This document shows positions 47,767 to 57,471 of a stretch of DNA of 64,000 bases, one piece after another. Position numbers and translations under genes: made by a program. Within the stretch, counting starts at the first letter, position 1. The number at the start of each line of letters is the position of its first letter. This DNA comes from an uncultured Trueperaceae bacterium (GTDB lineage Bacteria; Deinococcota; Deinococci; Deinococcales; Trueperaceae), in the NCBI GenBank assembly GCA_963815215.1, contig CAWFFU010000004.1:128001-192000 (forward strand). The letters are read 5' to 3'. The notes beneath the pieces were generated by a model that did not search any database, had not been told where the DNA came from, and saw nothing but the letters and a program-made list of their open reading frames with translations.

Positions 47767-48375
47767 ATGATGCGGATGACGCGGGTGACGCGCAGCCTGC
47801 TGTGGGCGCTGGTGCTGGTGGCGGCGGGGGTCGTGGCGTACGGACTCGGGATCTGCTGTTGCACCCGTCGCCGCCGCTGGCGGGACAGCCGCTCGAGGAC
47901 AATCCGCCCGACGTCGCCGGCGTCCATCTCGTCGACGGTGCGGGCGAGCCGGTATCGCTGGCGGACGTTCCGGGGAAAGGTGCTGCTCGTGTACTTCGGC
48001 TATACCCGCTGCGCCGACACCTGCCCGCTCACCATGCAGGAGCTTGCCAAGGCCTACCACGACGCCGGCGCGCCAGGCGATGTGCAGGTGGCGATGATCA
48101 CCGTCGACCCGGGCCACGACACGCCCGCCGTGCTCGATCCCTGGGTCAAGCAGTTCGACCCGAGCTTCATCGGGCTCACCGGCTCCGCCGGTCAGATCGC
48201 CGCTGCCGCCAAGGCGTTCATGATCGGCTACAGCACCGGCGGCGAGCCGAGCGACCACACGGCCGTCGTCGAGGTCGTCGGGCGCGACTCGCACATCCTC
48301 TACATCTACGGTCAGGGAGAGATCGTCAAGCTCGGCGACGACCTGCCGCGGCTGCTGGCAGCGCGAGCAGGCTGA
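47767..48375 (+). CDS. SCO/SenC copper chaperone with two compensating frameshifts (~47850 and ~47967)
   Basis: N-terminal TM helix, FRGKVLLVYFGYTRCADTCP, ITVDPGHDT, GLTG, DHT; ATG 7 nt behind TATGCT. Confidence 0.85.
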   Translation: MMRMTRVTRSLLWALVLVAAGVVAYGLGICCCTRRRRWRDSRSRTIRPTSPASISSTVRASRYRWRTFRGKVLLVYFGYTRCADTCPLTMQELAKAYHDAGAPGDVQVAMITVDPGHDTPAVLDPWVKQFDPSFIGLTGSAGQIAAAAKAFMIGYSTGGEPSDHTAVVEVVGRDSHILYIYGQGEIVKLGDDLPRLLAARAG

Positions 48376-48448
48376 ACCCACGACCGCGCGCTCGCCTTCG
48401 CAGCGTGCGGGCCGGCTGCGATGCGCCTCTAGGTCAGGTCAAGTCAGA

Positions 48449-49114
48449 TCAGGTCAGGGAGATGCGCTGCGCGTACTCGATCAGCGGCTCGCGCCGGAAC
48501 CGGTAGGTCCCGCGCGTGCCCTCGAGCAGGCCGAGCTGGCGCAACTCGCCGAGCGTCGCCGTGGTCGTCTCGCGGGCGGCGCCGATCATGGCGGCGAGGT
48601 TCTCGTGTGTCAGGGGCAGAGTGATGCGCACCATGCCGCCTTCGGAGATCTGGCCGAAGCGCTCGCCGAGGCGCAGCAGGGTGCGTGCCAGGCGCGCGGC
48701 GACGGGCAACTCGCCGTCCTCAAGGGCGTCGGTCATGCGGGTGAGCTGGTCGCCGGCGGCCCGGAACAGGGCCGGCTCGAAGGCGGACGCTTCCTGGCGC
48801 GGCACGACCGTCACCACCACGCTGGCGCTGAGCGCCTCGGCGCTCTCGCGCAGGGCGGACTGGCCGGGCGCCAGGGCGCCGATCAGATCGCCCGGGCCGG
48901 CCACGCCGACGATGCGCTCCTTGCCCGAGGGGACGTCGATGGCGAGCTTCACCAGACCGTTCACCAGGCGGTAGACCGTGTCGGCACGGTCGCCGGCACG
49001 GTACAGCGGCTCTCCCTTCCCCAACTCGCGGTGGGGATAGCCGTCCAGGCCGCGCGGTGGCGGCGGGGGGCTCTGCCAACCCGCGTAGAGAGCGGCATCG
49101 AAGCTCGGCGTCAC
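48449..49114 (-). CDS. Crp/Fnr family transcriptional regulator
   Basis: LYRAGD...GLVKL...GPGDLIG cNMP domain; LTHENLAAMIGAARETTT HTH; GTG 6 nt behind TAGAAT. Confidence 0.93.
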   Translation of the reverse strand: MTPSFDAALYAGWQSPPPPPRGLDGYPHRELGKGEPLYRAGDRADTVYRLVNGLVKLAIDVPSGKERIVGVAGPGDLIGALAPGQSALRESAEALSASVVVTVVPRQEASAFEPALFRAAGDQLTRMTDALEDGELPVAARLARTLLRLGERFGQISEGGMVRITLPLTHENLAAMIGAARETTTATLGELRQLGLLEGTRGTYRFRREPLIEYAQRISLT

Positions 49115-49189
49115 GCCCGCATTCTAGCCGCCCCTACGCGAAAGCTCTGTTCGATGCTTGGCACGTGCCGGGCTCGCCCGCGCTCGGGA

Positions 49190-50509
49190 TCAGTCGGTCC
49201 GGGCCTCCATCCGGTAGACGACCGCGCCGTCGATGACCGTCAGGGTCGGCCAGCCCCGCAGACGCTCGTCCGCCCAGGGGCTGAACCTGGCCTTGCTCCG
49301 GAAGCGTCGCGGGTCCACCGCGCGTTCGGTCTCGAGATCGAGCAGCACCAGGTCGGCAGGCGCCCCCACCTCGAGGCGCGGCCGGGGCCAGCCCATGACG
49401 TCGGCCGGGCCGTCCTGGAGCAGGCGCAACAGGTCCGCGAGCTCGAGCTCGCCGGCGCGGACCAACCGGGTGTAGAGCAGCGGGAAGGCCACTTCGATGT
49501 TGGGCAGGCCGAAGGGCGCGCTCATGAGGTCGCGCTCCTTCTCGGCGCGGGTGTGCGGCGCGTGGTCGGTGCCGATGCTGTCGACCACGCCGCGCCGCAG
49601 CGCCTCGCGCAGGTAGGCCACGTCGGCCTCGGCGCGCAGCGGCGGCGCCACCTTGAACAGCGGATCGAAGCCGCGCAGGGAGGCATCGGTGAGAGTCAGG
49701 TGGTGCGGGGTCACCTCGCAGGTGACCGGCGCTCCCAGCGCCTTGAAGTGCTCGATCACCTGCATGGAGCGCTCGCAGGTCACGTGGGCGATGTGCACGC
49801 GCGCGCCGGTGAGGCGGGCCACCTCGCAGTCGCGGAACACCATGATCGCCTCGGCGGCGTCGGGGTTGCCGGGGAGTCCGAGCTCCTGGCTCACCGCGCC
49901 TTCGTGCATCACGCCGTCGCCGCGCAGGCTGGGGTCCTCCGAGTGCGTCTGGATGACCAGGCCGAGCTCGGCGGCGTACTCGCAGGCGCTGCGCATCAGG
50001 CGGCTGTTGGTCACCGGGATGCCGTCGTCGGTGATCATCACCGCGCCCGCGGCCTGGAGCGCCGCGAAGTCGGTGAGCGTCTCGCCGCGCAGGCCGTGGC
50101 TGAGCGCGGCCCCCGGCCGCAGCCGCGCGCCGGAGAGCCCGGCCGCCTTGCCGACCAGCTCCGCCACGAGCCCCGGCTCGTCGACGGTGGGCGTGGTGTT
50201 CGCCATGCTCACCACCGTGCCGAAGCCGCCGGCCGCGGCGGCCGCGAGGCCGCTCGCCAGGTCCTCCTTGACCTCCTGCCCGGGCTCGCGCAGGTGGGCG
50301 TGGAGGTCGAGGAAGGCGGGGGTGAGGAGCGCCCCGCCGGCGTCGACGACCGTCGCCGCACCGGCGCCCGCGCCTTCGCCCATCGCCTGGATCACGCCGC
50401 CCTCGAGCAGCACGTCGCCGACGCCGTGGTCGCCGGCGCCGTCGACGAGGCGGGCGCCGACGATGGCCAAGCGCTTCGCGCTCGCCGTTCGCATCGTGGG
50501 CCCGCTCAT
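49190..50509 (-). CDS. pyrC: Dihydroorotase
   Basis: DLHAHLREPG, MANTTP, HSED, CEVTPHHL, KVAPPLR, TDHAPH. Confidence 0.95.
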   Translation of the reverse strand: MSGPTMRTASAKRLAIVGARLVDGAGDHGVGDVLLEGGVIQAMGEGAGAGAATVVDAGGALLTPAFLDLHAHLREPGQEVKEDLASGLAAAAAGGFGTVVSMANTTPTVDEPGLVAELVGKAAGLSGARLRPGAALSHGLRGETLTDFAALQAAGAVMITDDGIPVTNSRLMRSACEYAAELGLVIQTHSEDPSLRGDGVMHEGAVSQELGLPGNPDAAEAIMVFRDCEVARLTGARVHIAHVTCERSMQVIEHFKALGAPVTCEVTPHHLTLTDASLRGFDPLFKVAPPLRAEADVAYLREALRRGVVDSIGTDHAPHTRAEKERDLMSAPFGLPNIEVAFPLLYTRLVRAGELELADLLRLLQDGPADVMGWPRPRLEVGAPADLVLLDLETERAVDPRRFRSKARFSPWADERLRGWPTLTVIDGAVVYRMEARTD

Positions 50510-51467
50510 CGCTTACCCACCAGGAGCGTGTACAGCACGGCCATGCGGATCGGCACGCCGCTCGCGACCTGGGCCTCGATCACGCTTCGCGGGCCGTCGG
50601 CGACCTCGCTGGCGATCTCGACGTCACGGTTGATCGGCCCCGGGTGCATGACCAGGGCGCCGTCCTGCGCCGTGCGCAAGACGGCCTCGGTGAGCTGGTA
50701 GCGGGCTACGTACTCCGCCAGCGACGGTAGCAGACCGGAGTCCATGCGCTCGCGCTGCAGGCGCAGCGCCATGACGGCGTGGGCGCCTTCCACGGCCTCG
50801 GCCAGGCGGTAGCTGTGGCGCACGCCGGGCGCCATCTCGGGGGGCAGCAGCGGGGCGGGACCGCACAGCACCACCTCGCCGCCGAGCTTGCGCCACAGCT
50901 CCACGTTCGAGCGCGCAACGCGCGAGTGCAGCACGTCACCGACGATGGCCAGCCGCTTGCCCGCGAAGCCGTCGAAGCCCGGGAAGCGCGTCCGGAAGGT
51001 GTAGGCGTCGAGCAGTGCCTGGGTGGGGTGGGCGCGGCGGCCGTCGCCGGCGTTGACGATGGAGGCGTCGGTCCACTTCGCGAGCTGGTGGGGGACGCCG
51101 GCCGCCGGGTGGCGGACGACGTAGAGGTCGGCCTGCATCTGGTCGATGGTGCGCAGCGTGTCCTTGAGGCTCTCGCCCTTGGAGAGGCTCGAGCCTCCGG
51201 CGGCGAAGCTGATGACGTCGGCGCTCTGCGCCCGCGCGGCGCGCTCGAAGCTCAGCCGGGTGCGGGTGCTGTCCTCGAAGAACAGCGTCCCCACCGTGAA
51301 CCCCTGCAGCGCCGGCACCTTCTTGATGGTGCGCGTCAGTACCTGCGCCATGACGTCCGCGGTGTCGAACAGCGCCCCGACCTCGTCCACGGACCAGTCG
51401 GCGAAGTCCAGTAGGTTGCGCTTGCGCACGCTGGTCTTGTCGGGAAGGTCGATCTGGACCGTTGCCA

Positions 51468-51468
<1 letters not shown>
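50506..51468 (-). CDS. pyrB: Aspartate carbamoyltransferase catalytic subunit
   Basis: FFEDSTRTRLSF, KGESL, NAGDG..AHPTQALLD, LRLQRER, MHPGPINR. Confidence 0.96.
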
Positions 51469-52195
<727 letters not shown>

Positions 52196-52440
52196 CTCGT
52201 CCGATTGTAGCTCCGGGACGGAGCGGACTCAAGCCGGTGCGCGGCGCTCATGGACCCGGCGCCGGGTTCAGACTCGCTTCAGGCGGACTTCAGCCGTTGC
52301 CGGGATACTGAACCGGGAGGCGCTGCCTGAAGCGCACGGCCACGGTCGTGCATCGGGTTCGGGGCGTGTTCCAGGACTAGCCTCAGGGCGTCTGCGGGTT
52401 ACACAATGGGGCAGTCTCCAGAGGAGGACGGAAGGACGCG

Positions 52441-52989
52441 ATGAACATCCTGACCCGTTGGACGGTCGCCCTTGCCGCGGCCCTGCTCGTCGCCCACGCG
52501 GCGGCGCTGCAGCCGGTCGATGGTACCGAGGTGGTCGTCACCGACGGTGGGGGTCACCAGTTCGTCGGCTACGGGGTGGTGAAGAACGGCTTCCTGATGC
52601 TCCGCATGGGGAACGCGACGGACAGCTTCGTGATGGTGCTGGTCGCCCCGGACGGCTCGGTCCAGAGTTACGACGGCGTGCGCGGCGCCGGCGGGGCCCT
52701 ACTGGTCGACCTCGCCGACGGGACCCGCGAGAGCCTGAAGGCGTTGCTCGGCATCCACAATGTCGGGCTGACGGTGGTCCACCAGAGCGGGGGTTCGCCG
52801 CGGGCCGGGGCTCCGGGCAGCGGGTCCGGGGGGAGCACAGTCAGTAGCGGGAGCGACGCGAGCTCCGGCAGCGATTCCAGCTCCTCCGGCGACGTCAACG
52901 TCTCGGTGGGCGACGGGAGCTCGGGCGATACCAACGTCTCCGTCGACACGGGTGACGCCCCCTCCAACGACGGCACCGATGGCCCCTGA
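52441..52989 (+). CDS. Exported hypothetical protein with Ser/Gly/Asp-rich tail
   Basis: RBS, signal peptide (AHAAA), beta-rich domain, low-complexity SSGSD/GD(V/T)NVSV tail. Confidence 0.7.
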   Translation: MNILTRWTVALAAALLVAHAAALQPVDGTEVVVTDGGGHQFVGYGVVKNGFLMLRMGNATDSFVMVLVAPDGSVQSYDGVRGAGGALLVDLADGTRESLKALLGIHNVGLTVVHQSGGSPRAGAPGSGSGGSTVSSGSDASSGSDSSSSGDVNVSVGDGSSGDTNVSVDTGDAPSNDGTDGP

Positions 52990-53665
52990 GGTGCCGGCGG
53001 GCGCGTCCCGCGCACGGATCCTCGTCGTCGAGGACGATTCCGCGCTAGCGAACCTGGTCGCTGGACAGCTCGGTCACGCGGGGTACCGCGCCGAGGCGGT
53101 CGGTCTCGGCCGCGAGGCCCTGGTGCGCGCGCAGAGCGACGCCTTCGATCTGGTCGTGCTCGATCTGAACCTTCCGGATATCGACGGCATCGAGGTGGCC
53201 GAGAGGATGCGGGAGGCCGGCGATACGGCCATCCTGATGCTCACGGCCCGGGCCGACGTCGACAGCCGGGTCGAAGGGCTCTATGCCGGCGCGAGCGACT
53301 ACCTCGCCAAGCCCTTCAGCGTGCAGGAGCTGCTGGCCCGCGTCCACGTGCGGCTGCGCGAACGGCAGGCCACCGGCGTCCTCCGTCACGACGATCTCGA
53401 GCTCGACCCCGACGCCCTCAGTTGCCGCTGCGGCGACCACAAGGTGGTGCTGCCGGAGCGGGAGTTCGAGTTGCTGAGGCTGCTCGTCCGCCACCGCGGC
53501 CGGCTCTTCTCCCGCGAGGACATCGAGCGATCCCTGTACGGCGTCGACGTGCCGGAGTCCAACACCGTCGAGGTGTTCGTGTACAACCTGCGGCGCAAGC
53601 TCGGTACGCTCGGCCACAAGGAGATCATCCGCACGGTGCGCAACCGCGGCTACATGGTGCTATAG
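52979..53665 (+). CDS. OmpR/PhoB family response regulator
   Basis: ILVVEDD, VLDLNLP, LMLTAR, DYLAKPF, NTVEVFVYNLRRKL, IRTVRNRGY. Confidence 0.95.
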   Translation: MAPEVPAGASRARILVVEDDSALANLVAGQLGHAGYRAEAVGLGREALVRAQSDAFDLVVLDLNLPDIDGIEVAERMREAGDTAILMLTARADVDSRVEGLYAGASDYLAKPFSVQELLARVHVRLRERQATGVLRHDDLELDPDALSCRCGDHKVVLPEREFELLRLLVRHRGRLFSREDIERSLYGVDVPESNTVEVFVYNLRRKLGTLGHKEIIRTVRNRGYMVL

Positions 53666-53693
53666 CCGGAGCCAAGGTTGCCGGAGTGGGGGC

Positions 53694-53743
53694 CAAGTTC
53701 ACGGCGTCCCGCGCGAACGTTCGCGCGGGACGCCGTGAACTTG
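53694..53743. repeat. Perfect 50-bp palindrome with no spacer, between convergent genes
   Basis: caagttcacggcgtcccgcgcgaac|gttcgcgcgggacgccgtgaacttg checked base by base. Confidence 0.95.
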
Positions 53744-53763
53744 TCGGGGCGGTCCGTTGGGAG

Positions 53764-55347
53764 CTAGTTCTTGCCCCAGTCGGCGTAGACGAAGGTCCAC
53801 ACCGGGTCGATGGTGAAGTTCGTGATCGATGGGTTCGCCCACTTGTACTCGACGGGGAAGTACAGCGGCACCCAGGGGTAGTCCGCCAGGATCAGCTTCT
53901 GCGCCTGCTGGTACATCGGCATGGCCTGGGCGACCGGCAGACCCTGCGCGTCGTTCATGAGCTTGTCGACGGCGGGGTTCTGGTACTCCGAGAGGTTGAA
54001 CGAGCCCTGCTTCACGTTGGCGGAGTTGAACAGCACGTCCAGGAAGTCGGACGGGTCGGGGTAGTCCTGGTACCAACCGCTGAACCCGATGGCCGCCTTC
54101 TTGAGGGTGGTGATGGTGTTGATGTACTCCGCGTGCGGCAGCGCCTTGATGTTGAGGGTGATGCCGGCCTCGGCCATCTGCTGCTGCAGGGCCTGGGCGA
54201 TCTGCGGTCCGGGCGGGTTCGACAGCGTGATGAAGTCCGCCTGGATGCCGTCCGGATGGCCCGCCTGGCTCAGCAGCTGCTTGGCCTTCTGCGGATCGTA
54301 GGTGGTCCCCTCCACCGAGCTGTCGTAGCCGGGCATGGCCGGTGGCAGGATCTGCTGTGCGACCTGGCCGCGGCCGTTCATGAGCTGGACGATCCGCTTC
54401 TTGTCCACGGCGTAGTTGACCGCTTCGCGCACCAGCTTGTTGTCGAAAGGCGCCACCTGCGTGTTCATGAACACGTAGTTGATGCCGACCTGGGTGAAGT
54501 GGTGGAGATCGGCCTTGTACTTGGGATTGTTGGCGACGGACAGGAACTGGGCCGACGGGATGTCGTCGCCGATGACGTCGATCTCACCGCGCTGCGCGCG
54601 CAGGAGCGCGACCTGCGGATCGAGGTTGAAGGTGAAGTCGATCTGGTCGACCTTGGCCGCCGTCGCGGGATCGAAGTAGGCGGGGTTCTTCACCAGCACC
54701 ATGCTCTGGCCGGGGACCCACGACTTGAGCAGGAACTGCGCGCTGCCGACGACGTGGTGGGCATAGTCGCGCCCCCACTTCTCCACCGCCTTCTGCGGCT
54801 CGGCCGACGAGAAGGGGGTCGCCAGGATGTTCATGAAGGTGCGATCGGGTTTCACGAGCGTGAACGAGATGGTCAGGGGGTCGGGCGTCTTGATGCCGGC
54901 CACGTGATCCGTCTTCCCGTCGATGTAGTCCTTGGCGCCCACCAGGTTGCCGTACCAGCCTCCCATGCCCCCCTGAGGCGATTGGGTCTTCGGGTCCAGG
55001 ATGCGTTCGATGGCGTAGCGGAACGCCCCGGAGTCCACGGCCTCGCCGTCGGAGAAGGTGATGCCCGGGTGGATGTGGAAGGTGTAGGTCTTGAGGTCCT
55101 GGCTGACCTGCGGCATCGACGTCGCCGCCCAGGGAACGAGGGTGGTGCCGTTCTGGTAGCTCAGCAAGGTGATGAACAGGGCGTGCTCGACGGGCCAGTT
55201 CTCGATGTCGTAGCCGATGGCGGGGTCGAGCGTGGCCATGTCCTCGGTGTAGGACACGTGGACGACCGACTGCGCCTGGGCGGCCAGGAACGCGGTCAGG
55301 CCGATGGCGGCCAGGATCGTGGACAACGCTTTCGCGGAACGGCGCAA
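53764..55347 (-). CDS. Peptide/nickel ABC substrate-binding protein (OppA/DppA family 5)
   Basis: GAGGAGG RBS before TTG 55347; TLDPAI, YTFHIHPGITFSDG, PFDNKLVREAVNYAVD, GWYQDYPDP. Confidence 0.92.
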   Translation of the reverse strand: MRRSAKALSTILAAIGLTAFLAAQAQSVVHVSYTEDMATLDPAIGYDIENWPVEHALFITLLSYQNGTTLVPWAATSMPQVSQDLKTYTFHIHPGITFSDGEAVDSGAFRYAIERILDPKTQSPQGGMGGWYGNLVGAKDYIDGKTDHVAGIKTPDPLTISFTLVKPDRTFMNILATPFSSAEPQKAVEKWGRDYAHHVVGSAQFLLKSWVPGQSMVLVKNPAYFDPATAAKVDQIDFTFNLDPQVALLRAQRGEIDVIGDDIPSAQFLSVANNPKYKADLHHFTQVGINYVFMNTQVAPFDNKLVREAVNYAVDKKRIVQLMNGRGQVAQQILPPAMPGYDSSVEGTTYDPQKAKQLLSQAGHPDGIQADFITLSNPPGPQIAQALQQQMAEAGITLNIKALPHAEYINTITTLKKAAIGFSGWYQDYPDPSDFLDVLFNSANVKQGSFNLSEYQNPAVDKLMNDAQGLPVAQAMPMYQQAQKLILADYPWVPLYFPVEYKWANPSITNFTIDPVWTFVYADWGKN

Positions 55348-55477
55348 GACTCTTCCTCCTCGAGGGCTCGGCGGGGCGTGCCCGAGATGGGAACGGCCCC
55401 TGTGGCGTGACGCTCCGTTGCGGGGGCGCAACGTCGTACTGGCGTGACGGCCGAAGGCTCGGCTCGCCCGCTTGCGC

Positions 55478-56413
55478 TCACTCACCTCCCCTCGTGAACG
55501 AGATGCGGGGGTCGACGAAGCTGTAGAGGATGTCGACGAAGCTGTTCGCGACCACGATGACGGCCGCCGTGAACAGCACCGTCCCCATGATCATCGGGAT
55601 ATCTACGTTGAGGATCGCCTGCCAGGCCAGCGTTCCGATGCCCGGCCAGCCGAACACTTGCTCGATGATGAGGACGCCCCCCATGAACACCCCGAGATCG
55701 AGCCCCGCCATCGTGATGATGGGCCGGAGCGCGTTCCTGAAGGCATGCTTGTAGATCACGACCGCCTTGCGCAGGCCCTTGGCGTGCGCCGTGCGCACGT
55801 AGTCTTCGGACAGCACCTCCAGCATCGAGGCGCGGCTCATCCGTGTGTAGAACGCCGAGCCCGTGACGCCCAGGGTGAGGGCGGGAAGGACCAGGGCGCT
55901 CACGCCTCCGGCGGCGCCTCCCAGCGGGAAGATCGGCACCACGTAGGCGAACACGTAGAGCAGGATGATGCCGAGCCAGAACGGGGGCACGGCCAGGGCG
56001 AGCAACACGAACACCATGGATCCGCCGTCGATGCTCGAGCCCCGGTACACGGCGGCGGCCACGCCCAGGGTGACGCCGATGATCAGCTCCACGAACAACC
56101 CTGCCAGCGCCAGCTCCGCCGTGTAGGGGAAGCGCCTGAGGATGGTCGGGAGCACCTTCTGCGAGGTCTTGTACGAGCGCCCGAAATCGCCGTGCAGGGC
56201 TCGGCTCAGGTAGCGCCCGTACTGGACGTAGACCGGCTGGTCGAGCCCCAGTTCGTGGGCGATGCTGTCCACGACCGACGCCGGCGCGTTCGGACCCGCG
56301 ATCATGCGGGCGGGGTTGGCGGGCATCAGGACGCCGATCGTGAAGGTGATCATGGAGGCTGCGAGGAGCACGACGGCGCTCCAGAGCAGGCGCCGGGCAA
56401 GGTACTCCAGCAC
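55478..56413 (-). CDS. Peptide ABC permease (DppB/OppB-like)
   Basis: LGLDQPVYVQY, GDFGRSY, DYVRTAHAKGL, HAFRNAL, IEQVFGWPGIG. Confidence 0.94.
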   Translation of the reverse strand: MLEYLARRLLWSAVVLLAASMITFTIGVLMPANPARMIAGPNAPASVVDSIAHELGLDQPVYVQYGRYLSRALHGDFGRSYKTSQKVLPTILRRFPYTAELALAGLFVELIIGVTLGVAAAVYRGSSIDGGSMVFVLLALAVPPFWLGIILLYVFAYVVPIFPLGGAAGGVSALVLPALTLGVTGSAFYTRMSRASMLEVLSEDYVRTAHAKGLRKAVVIYKHAFRNALRPIITMAGLDLGVFMGGVLIIEQVFGWPGIGTLAWQAILNVDIPMIMGTVLFTAAVIVVANSFVDILYSFVDPRISFTRGGE

Positions 56414-56415
56414 GG

Positions 56416-57321
56416 TCAGCGCCCTCCCGTGTTCTTCGGATCGAGAGCATCGCGCAGCCCGTCGCCGACGAGGTTGAAGCCGAGCACGGAGATCCCGAGG
56501 AAGATGCCCGGGAACACCACGAGCCACGGCATCACGGTCAGGTACTGTGCGCCCTCGGCGATCATGTTGCCCCAGTCCGGGGTGGGTGGCTGCACGCCGA
56601 TGCCCAGATAGGAGAGCGCCGCTGCGAACAGGACGGTCGTGGAGAAGTTGAGCGTGCCGTAGACGAGTGCCTGTCCAAGGATCTGGGGCAGCACGTGGCG
56701 CCGGACGATGCGCCCGCTCGGTGCTCCCAGGGCGCGGGCCGCCTCGATGTACTCCCGGTGCTTGACCGAGAGGACCTCGGCGCGGACGATGCGGGCGAGG
56801 TAGAACCACGACGAGAAGCCGATGACGACCACCACGACGGTGACGCCGGGCCTGAGGACGACGGCGAGGAAACCGGCAAGGAGCAGGACCGGGAAGCTGA
56901 TGAGGATGTCGGTGATGCGCATCAGAATGGTGTCGATGACGCCGCCGGCGTAGCCCGCGACGGTCCCGAAGACGAGCGCGATGACCAGCGAGATGAGGTT
57001 CGCGGTGATCGCGACGAACATCGAGGTGCGCGTGCCGAACAGGATGCGGCTGTACAGATCCCTGCCGAGGTTGTCCGTGCCGAACCAGAACGACGGGCTC
57101 GGGGGTAGCGGTCCACCCATCGCGGAGAGCCCGTCGGAGAACTGCGTGTTGGGGTTGTGCGTGGCGAGGACGGGGGCCAGCAGGGCCACCAGCACGATGA
57201 GCAGGCTCAAGGCCAGGCCAGTCGTTCCCAATCGGTTCCGCCGGAAGCGACGCAATGCGGCTTGGCTGGGCGTGTCGATCTGGACGGCACCCGCCATGGG
57301 CTGCTGTTCCACCGAAGGCAC
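56416..57321 (-). CDS. Peptide ABC permease (DppC/OppC-like)
   Basis: FGTDNLGRDLYSR, EYIEAARALG, RHVLP, LSYLGIG..PPTPDWG, GDGLRDALDP; start uncertain (57297-57321). Confidence 0.93.
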   Translation of the reverse strand: MPSVEQQPMAGAVQIDTPSQAALRRFRRNRLGTTGLALSLLIVLVALLAPVLATHNPNTQFSDGLSAMGGPLPPSPSFWFGTDNLGRDLYSRILFGTRTSMFVAITANLISLVIALVFGTVAGYAGGVIDTILMRITDILISFPVLLLAGFLAVVLRPGVTVVVVVIGFSSWFYLARIVRAEVLSVKHREYIEAARALGAPSGRIVRRHVLPQILGQALVYGTLNFSTTVLFAAALSYLGIGVQPPTPDWGNMIAEGAQYLTVMPWLVVFPGIFLGISVLGFNLVGDGLRDALDPKNTGGR

Positions 57322-57471
57322 GATGCCCGCGATGATATGCCATCGACGCTCACCGGGTGACGTGTGTCGGAGTGCGGAGCGCATCCGGCATGCCCGGAGC
57401 CGCACCCGGTAGCGGGTCGGCGCCGATTTCGGGAACGGGTGGGGAGCCACGCGCCGCGTTGCGGCCCGAGC

